IMG/VR virus record: IMGVR_UViG_3300025674_000062
Span: 1 to 52,209 of that record
Direction: 5' to 3' (one strand)
Length of the DNA stretch: 52,209 nucleotides
From: a virus
Lineage: Duplodnaviria; Caudoviricetes
A program made the position numbers and the translations under genes. Within the stretch, counting starts at the first letter, position 1, and each line of letters opens with the position of its first letter. Below, piece after piece: positions 47,985-52,209 of the stretch. The notes beneath the pieces are model-generated. The model made no database searches. It was not told where the DNA came from and saw only the letters and a program-made list of their open reading frames with translations.

Positions 47985-48159
47985 ATATTCTAAACAATTG
48001 TATGAACAAATATTTCTTATGAAACATTATGGGGGTTGGTCTTTTATTGAAGTTTACAATTTGCCCGTTGGATTAAGAAACTGGTTTTACCAAAGATTGG
48101 TTCAACAATATGAAGAAGAAAACAAAGCCGCCGAAAAGGCATCAAAGAAGACCCGATAA
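47965..48159 (+). CDS. chaperone C-terminal extension (gpT/gpE'-like), probably made by frameshift
   Basis: The +1 frame reads FFGLNNEYSKQLYEQIFLMKHYGGWSFIEVYNLPVGLRNWF and overlaps a T7 run; no clear RBS. Confidence 0.55.
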   Translation, partial: FFGLNNEYSKQLYEQIFLMKHYGGWSFIEVYNLPVGLRNWFYQRLVQQYEEENKAAEKASKKTR

Positions 48160-48174
48160 TAATCGGGTTTTTTT
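48151..48174 (+). terminator. intrinsic terminator
   Basis: ACCCGAT-AATA-ATCGGGT followed by a T run. Confidence 0.75.
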
Positions 48175-48209
48175 AATTAAACTACTTATTAATAAGCGAG
48201 GAACTACTA

Positions 48210-48578
48210 ATGGAACTAGACTTTACAAAAAAGAAATTATTAACCGAATCTTGGATGAGAGCATTTGCAGATTGGAACAAAACATTTCTCCGTTATATGT
48301 ATGGAGAAGATGTTACAATGACTGCTGACTTAAAGGCTCATCAAAGGCTCTCAGAGGACGATGAAGGCCCCAAACTAAAGTTTGTGATACGAGGAGAGAT
48401 TGAAGACGTTAAAGCCTATTCTCGAGCAATTATGGCCGAAAAAGAATATCTTGATAATTTCATCAAGCATGGAAAGGACCATCCTCAATCTCAAAAAACA
48501 AAAGAGATGTTGGACCAAGCCGTTGGACACTTTGAACAAACAACGGGAATTACTTGGCCATTCAAAGACGAGGGATAA
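48210..48578 (+). CDS. hypothetical protein
   Basis: ACTACTTA 48181-48188, GAGG RBS; N-terminal LLTE. Confidence 0.6.
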   Translation: MELDFTKKKLLTESWMRAFADWNKTFLRYMYGEDVTMTADLKAHQRLSEDDEGPKLKFVIRGEIEDVKAYSRAIMAEKEYLDNFIKHGKDHPQSQKTKEMLDQAVGHFEQTTGITWPFKDEG

Positions 48579-48581
48579 TAG

Positions 48582-51050
48582 ATGGCTACAGATAAAGAAG
48601 AAATATCAGAATTAGAAAAAAAGAAAAAACTTCTAGAAGAAATAAAAGAACTAGAAGAAGAAGAAAGAGCAGCTCGTCTTAGAAAAGATAAAATTGCTGA
48701 TATGAAAATAGAGCTTTCTACTATGGAACAGCTTGGTATGCTACGTGATGCTGAGATTCAGAAACAAGAAATTGAATTAGAAAATTTAAAATTAATGAAA
48801 AATAAGATTAATGAAAAAATTTCACTTCAAAATCAAATAAAAGAATTAGAAGATCAAAGAACGGAAGGAATTAAAGAAGACACAGAGAATAGCAGAGAAC
48901 TAAAAAGACAAATAGAAGAACAATTATTCTTTTTAAACTTACAATTAGAAGACTACGAAGAAATAGATAATACACTAGAAGATATTAATAAGAAAATTAG
49001 TGATCAAGAAGATAAAGTAGAAAAAATTAAAAAAAATACATCAGAATATGATGATATTCTTGGAGGAATTGCATCAAAAATTGGCCTTGGAAATTCAAAA
49101 CTTTTGAAAACTGTTCAAGGCTGGACAGATATCGGAAAGAAAATTGCATCTTCAAAAGAAGAACAAGAGAAGTTTGCCAAAGCAGCTAAACAAATGTTTT
49201 CAGTTCAAAATATTGCTGCTTCTATTTTGGAGTCCTATGTTGGATTAGCCTTGCAAATTGATGCTGCTGGAGCAAAAATGGCTGCTGCGACAGGTGCTGG
49301 AACAAAATTTCAAGATGTTTTATCAGATGTTAAACTTGAAGGTTACGAAATGGGAAGATCCATCGAAAACACTTCTCAAGCTCTTTTGGCTTTCAATGAT
49401 AATCTTATCGGAATGAACGACATGTCATTTGAATCAGTAAAACAGCTTGGAGCAATGGGAGCTGACTTTCAAAGACTTGGTGTTTCAGGTCAAGAGTTTA
49501 CTCAAACCCTAAATATAATGACAAAATCAATGGGTGTGTCTAATAAACAAGCTGCCGAGTTAACTCAAGAACTTGCGATGATCGGAACAAATATTGGTCT
49601 ATCCTCTCAAAAAATGATAAAGGACTTCTCAGCTGCTTCGTCAGTTCTTGCGGCACAAGGAACAAAATCTATAAAGATATTTAAGAATTTAGCTGCCGCC
49701 GCAAGGAACTCTGGTGTTGAAATGTCAGAATTGCTTGGAATTGCACAAAAATTTGATACATTTGCGGATGCCGCCGAGACAACTGCGAAACTTAATGCTG
49801 TTCTTGGGTCTCAAATGTCAGCAACAAAAATGTTAATGATGGATGAAGACAAAAGAATTGAACAAATCATTAAATCTGTTCAAGCATCTGGTCAACAGTT
49901 CTCTCAAATGGATAAATTTACTCAAAAAGCCATTGCAAATGCCGCTGGAATATCTGATATGGCTAAAGCAAATCAAATATTTGGCATGTCTCTTGGTGCT
50001 TACAGAAGATCACAAAAAGAAATGAATAAACAAGCTGATATACAGCAAAAGTTTGCTGATGCTGTTAAAGCCACCATACCATTACAAGAAAAGTTTGCAA
50101 ATGCGATTCAATCTATTGTTGCAAATAAACAATTCATGGGATTTTTGGAATATTCTATTGATTTAATTGAATATTTTGCTATAGGTATTGCCAAGATCAA
50201 TACTTACACTGGTGGGTTGATCCCTATTCTTGTATTATTTGGTGGTACTTGGGCATTTTTAAGTGGTACAATTGGACCACTTTTGGCATTATTTGGACCT
50301 TTAATAGCTGGTTTATTTGGAGCAGGAGAAGCTGCTGTTGTAGCTGGGTCTCAAATGCCGGCAGCTGCTGGTGGAATAGCTGCGGCAATAGAGATAATTG
50401 CTGCTGCTGCATTGGCAGGCGCTGGTGGAATTGGTGTATTGATTTTAGCTGCTATGGGAATTGGTGTTGCTATTGGTATTGCGGCATTTGGTATCTCTTT
50501 TCTTGTTGAATCTTTTGGAGGTCTTGGAGAATCTGCATTGCCAGCTGCACTTGGAATATGGGCTTTTGGTTATGCTCTAGCAGCAATAATTCCTGCATTA
50601 GTTGCTGTTGAAACCGTTGGAGGACCTGCTATTGGTCTGATACTATTATTAGGTCTTGCGATGGGAGGAGTGGCTTATGCTGTTGACATGGTAGCTTCAA
50701 GTTTATCTTCAATGTTTAAAGAATTGAATTTATTTGCTTCCGCAATGGTTGATGGAGCTTTTGATAATGTTTATCTATTAGCGGAGGGAATAAAAGATGC
50801 TTCTGCTGCTTTAGATGGCTTGGGAAGTCAAAAGAAAATTGAACTAATGACAACATTGAATTCAATGGCAACAATCGCATCAGGTGGAAAGTATATAGCA
50901 GGACAAGCCGCAGGTGCATCGGCAAGTTATTCTTTAAGTAACTTGTTCAATCCAAGTTACAGTATTAATAATTCATTTGGAAACTTGAAATTAGTTCTTG
51001 CAGATGGAACACAACTTGATGCTTACATCCATGGTGTAATGCAACAATAA
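48582..51050 (+). CDS. tape measure protein
   Basis: Long helical coiled coil then Ala/Gly-rich hydrophobic segments; downstream of tube and chaperone genes. Confidence 0.8.
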   Translation: MATDKEEISELEKKKKLLEEIKELEEEERAARLRKDKIADMKIELSTMEQLGMLRDAEIQKQEIELENLKLMKNKINEKISLQNQIKELEDQRTEGIKEDTENSRELKRQIEEQLFFLNLQLEDYEEIDNTLEDINKKISDQEDKVEKIKKNTSEYDDILGGIASKIGLGNSKLLKTVQGWTDIGKKIASSKEEQEKFAKAAKQMFSVQNIAASILESYVGLALQIDAAGAKMAAATGAGTKFQDVLSDVKLEGYEMGRSIENTSQALLAFNDNLIGMNDMSFESVKQLGAMGADFQRLGVSGQEFTQTLNIMTKSMGVSNKQAAELTQELAMIGTNIGLSSQKMIKDFSAASSVLAAQGTKSIKIFKNLAAAARNSGVEMSELLGIAQKFDTFADAAETTAKLNAVLGSQMSATKMLMMDEDKRIEQIIKSVQASGQQFSQMDKFTQKAIANAAGISDMAKANQIFGMSLGAYRRSQKEMNKQADIQQKFADAVKATIPLQEKFANAIQSIVANKQFMGFLEYSIDLIEYFAIGIAKINTYTGGLIPILVLFGGTWAFLSGTIGPLLALFGPLIAGLFGAGEAAVVAGSQMPAAAGGIAAAIEIIAAAALAGAGGIGVLILAAMGIGVAIGIAAFGISFLVESFGGLGESALPAALGIWAFGYALAAIIPALVAVETVGGPAIGLILLLGLAMGGVAYAVDMVASSLSSMFKELNLFASAMVDGAFDNVYLLAEGIKDASAALDGLGSQKKIELMTTLNSMATIASGGKYIAGQAAGASASYSLSNLFNPSYSINNSFGNLKLVLADGTQLDAYIHGVMQQ

Positions 51051-51065
51051 TAAAGGAGAAATAAA

Positions 51066-51659
51066 ATGGGTGGTAGTCTTTTAAAAACTTTTGGCAATGA
51101 AACAGATCAACAGATTCATGTTTATTCCTTTGCTAGAAACAAAATATGGTCATTTAATGGAGATATTCAATCCTTTAGTGATAGTTATTCTACAAATGTA
51201 AATCAAGAAGCAGTTTATGGAAGAATTGATCAGATAAAAACTTATTCCGGAACAACTCGAGAAATATCATTTAGCGTTCTGATAGAGTCAGAAACACAAG
51301 AAGATGATTTCTTTGACCAAGTAAAACTTATGGCCTCAACTATGTACCCTGTTTATGATACTGGTAATGTACTAATAGATAAACCAAACATTCTAAAAGC
51401 TCCTCCATTGTATGCAGTTAAATGTAGTCCATTACTAGTTGGAGGCTATCAACCCCCTAATATGGAGAGTAACTTGTTGCCAGGGTTCTTTACTTCTTTT
51501 GGAATTGATTATAACACAACAGATGGTGTTGAGGTTGGAGATGCTGAATCTGTTCCAAGAGAAATTACCTTGAATTTTTCATTTTCTCCTTTGCATGATA
51601 GAATGGGTGGCTTCAATAACAATAATGGTCCAATGAGTGATAAAAGTTGGCCTTTTTAG
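51066..51659 (+). CDS. baseplate/tube-initiator-like protein
   Basis: SFSDSYS...VYGRID...YSGTTREISFS, APP, PREITLNFSF; follows the tape measure gene. Confidence 0.6.
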   Translation: MGGSLLKTFGNETDQQIHVYSFARNKIWSFNGDIQSFSDSYSTNVNQEAVYGRIDQIKTYSGTTREISFSVLIESETQEDDFFDQVKLMASTMYPVYDTGNVLIDKPNILKAPPLYAVKCSPLLVGGYQPPNMESNLLPGFFTSFGIDYNTTDGVEVGDAESVPREITLNFSFSPLHDRMGGFNNNNGPMSDKSWPF

Positions 51660-51668
51660 GAGATAAGC

Positions 51669-52007
51669 ATGTCAAGATACAATTCAAGAAATAAAGTCAT
51701 TAACGACACAGAAGAATATAGAACAGACGAGATATTTGAAGATCGCGGAGTTCAACAGATAACTCAATACCAAACTCCTCAATTTAAAAGATTGACCGAG
51801 GTTGAGTACAATAGAGTTCCATTTCAAAGATATTATTGGAAGAATGGAGATCGCTTTTGGAAACTTGCAGCAAAGTTTTATGGAGACAAAACAAAATGGT
51901 GGGTTATTGCCGGATTTAACTTTATTCCAACAGAAGCGGAAGTTGAAGAAGGACAAGAGATAAGAATACCAACTAACCTTTCAATTGTAATGGGATTATT
52001 TACATGA
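51669..52007 (+). CDS. LysM-like baseplate protein (gp53/tail-X-like)
   Basis: GDRFWKLAAKFYGD...WWVIAGFN...GQEIRIP. Confidence 0.75.
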   Translation: MSRYNSRNKVINDTEEYRTDEIFEDRGVQQITQYQTPQFKRLTEVEYNRVPFQRYYWKNGDRFWKLAAKFYGDKTKWWVIAGFNFIPTEAEVEEGQEIRIPTNLSIVMGLFT

Positions 52008-52209
52008 GCATTATACAATCGATCAAAGATACTATTGTAAAAGAACTTAAATCTGGTGGAAAATGGATTTTCATCAGCCCAAGTGATTACGATCCAAATA
52101 AACACAGAAAAATTAATCCAAATACAGAAATATTTCCGGAATTATGGGCTTGTGTAGCATCTGTATCATTATTTGCTGCTACTTTGACTCTTGGCATTCA
52201 GCAAAAATA
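52004..52209 (+). CDS. hypothetical protein, 3' truncated by window
   Basis: ATGA overlap with the upstream stop; frame open to the window end (MSIIQSIKDTIVKELKSGG...). Confidence 0.5.
   Translation, partial: MSIIQSIKDTIVKELKSGGKWIFISPSDYDPNKHRKINPNTEIFPELWACVASVSLFAATLTLGIQQK

Noticed and set aside
532-52105. Minus-strand and nested alternative-frame ORFs in the track (for example 19624..20121, 39816..40244, 10172..10594)
   Set aside because: They shadow well-supported plus-strand genes, mirror low-complexity sequence, and show no recognisable motifs
1-52209. Alternative genetic code (TAG or TGA reassignment)
   Set aside because: Core genes are full length in the standard code, and TAA, TAG and TGA all end genes next to the following RBS or start
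1-52209. tRNA, rRNA or large ncRNA genes
   Set aside because: Intergenic gaps are short and explained by promoters and terminators; no cloverleaf-like sequence was seen by eye (tRNAscan or Infernal not run)

Overview
This window is a 52-kb, entirely plus-strand, AT-rich segment of a large T4-like myophage genome. It uses the standard code, strong GGAG/AGGAG Shine-Dalgarno sites and sigma70-type TTGACA/TATAAT promoters. Gene order is: putative baseplate genes; RuvC, GIY-YIG endonuclease, primase and a fused Mre11-Rad50 (gp47-gp46); a probable holin/spanin cluster; terminase, portal, prohead protease and ribosomal protein bS21; about 12 kb of fibre/decoration genes; then scaffold, major capsid, neck, sheath, tube, tail chaperone, tape measure and baseplate genes. 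The main discovery is a family of at least 8 scattered genes with otherwise unrelated cargo domains (including a DEDDh exonuclease and a P-loop kinase). All share a 22-aa N-terminal leader, MK(I/L)TNxQL(K/R)QIIKEELxxxLxE, conserved at the protein level and ending in a T4 gp21-type L-x-E cleavage site. I infer a modular capsid-targeting and protein-injection system. Other findings include a recurrent intergenic ACTA(T/C)TTA motif (candidate late promoter), a primase 5' remnant left by an apparent allele replacement, an RHH + GIY-YIG module with phased repeats, a probable +1/-2 frameshift in the tail chaperone, and a lectin-like domain inserted into one of three paralogs. All family assignments come from motif recognition and gene order by eye; no searches were run.
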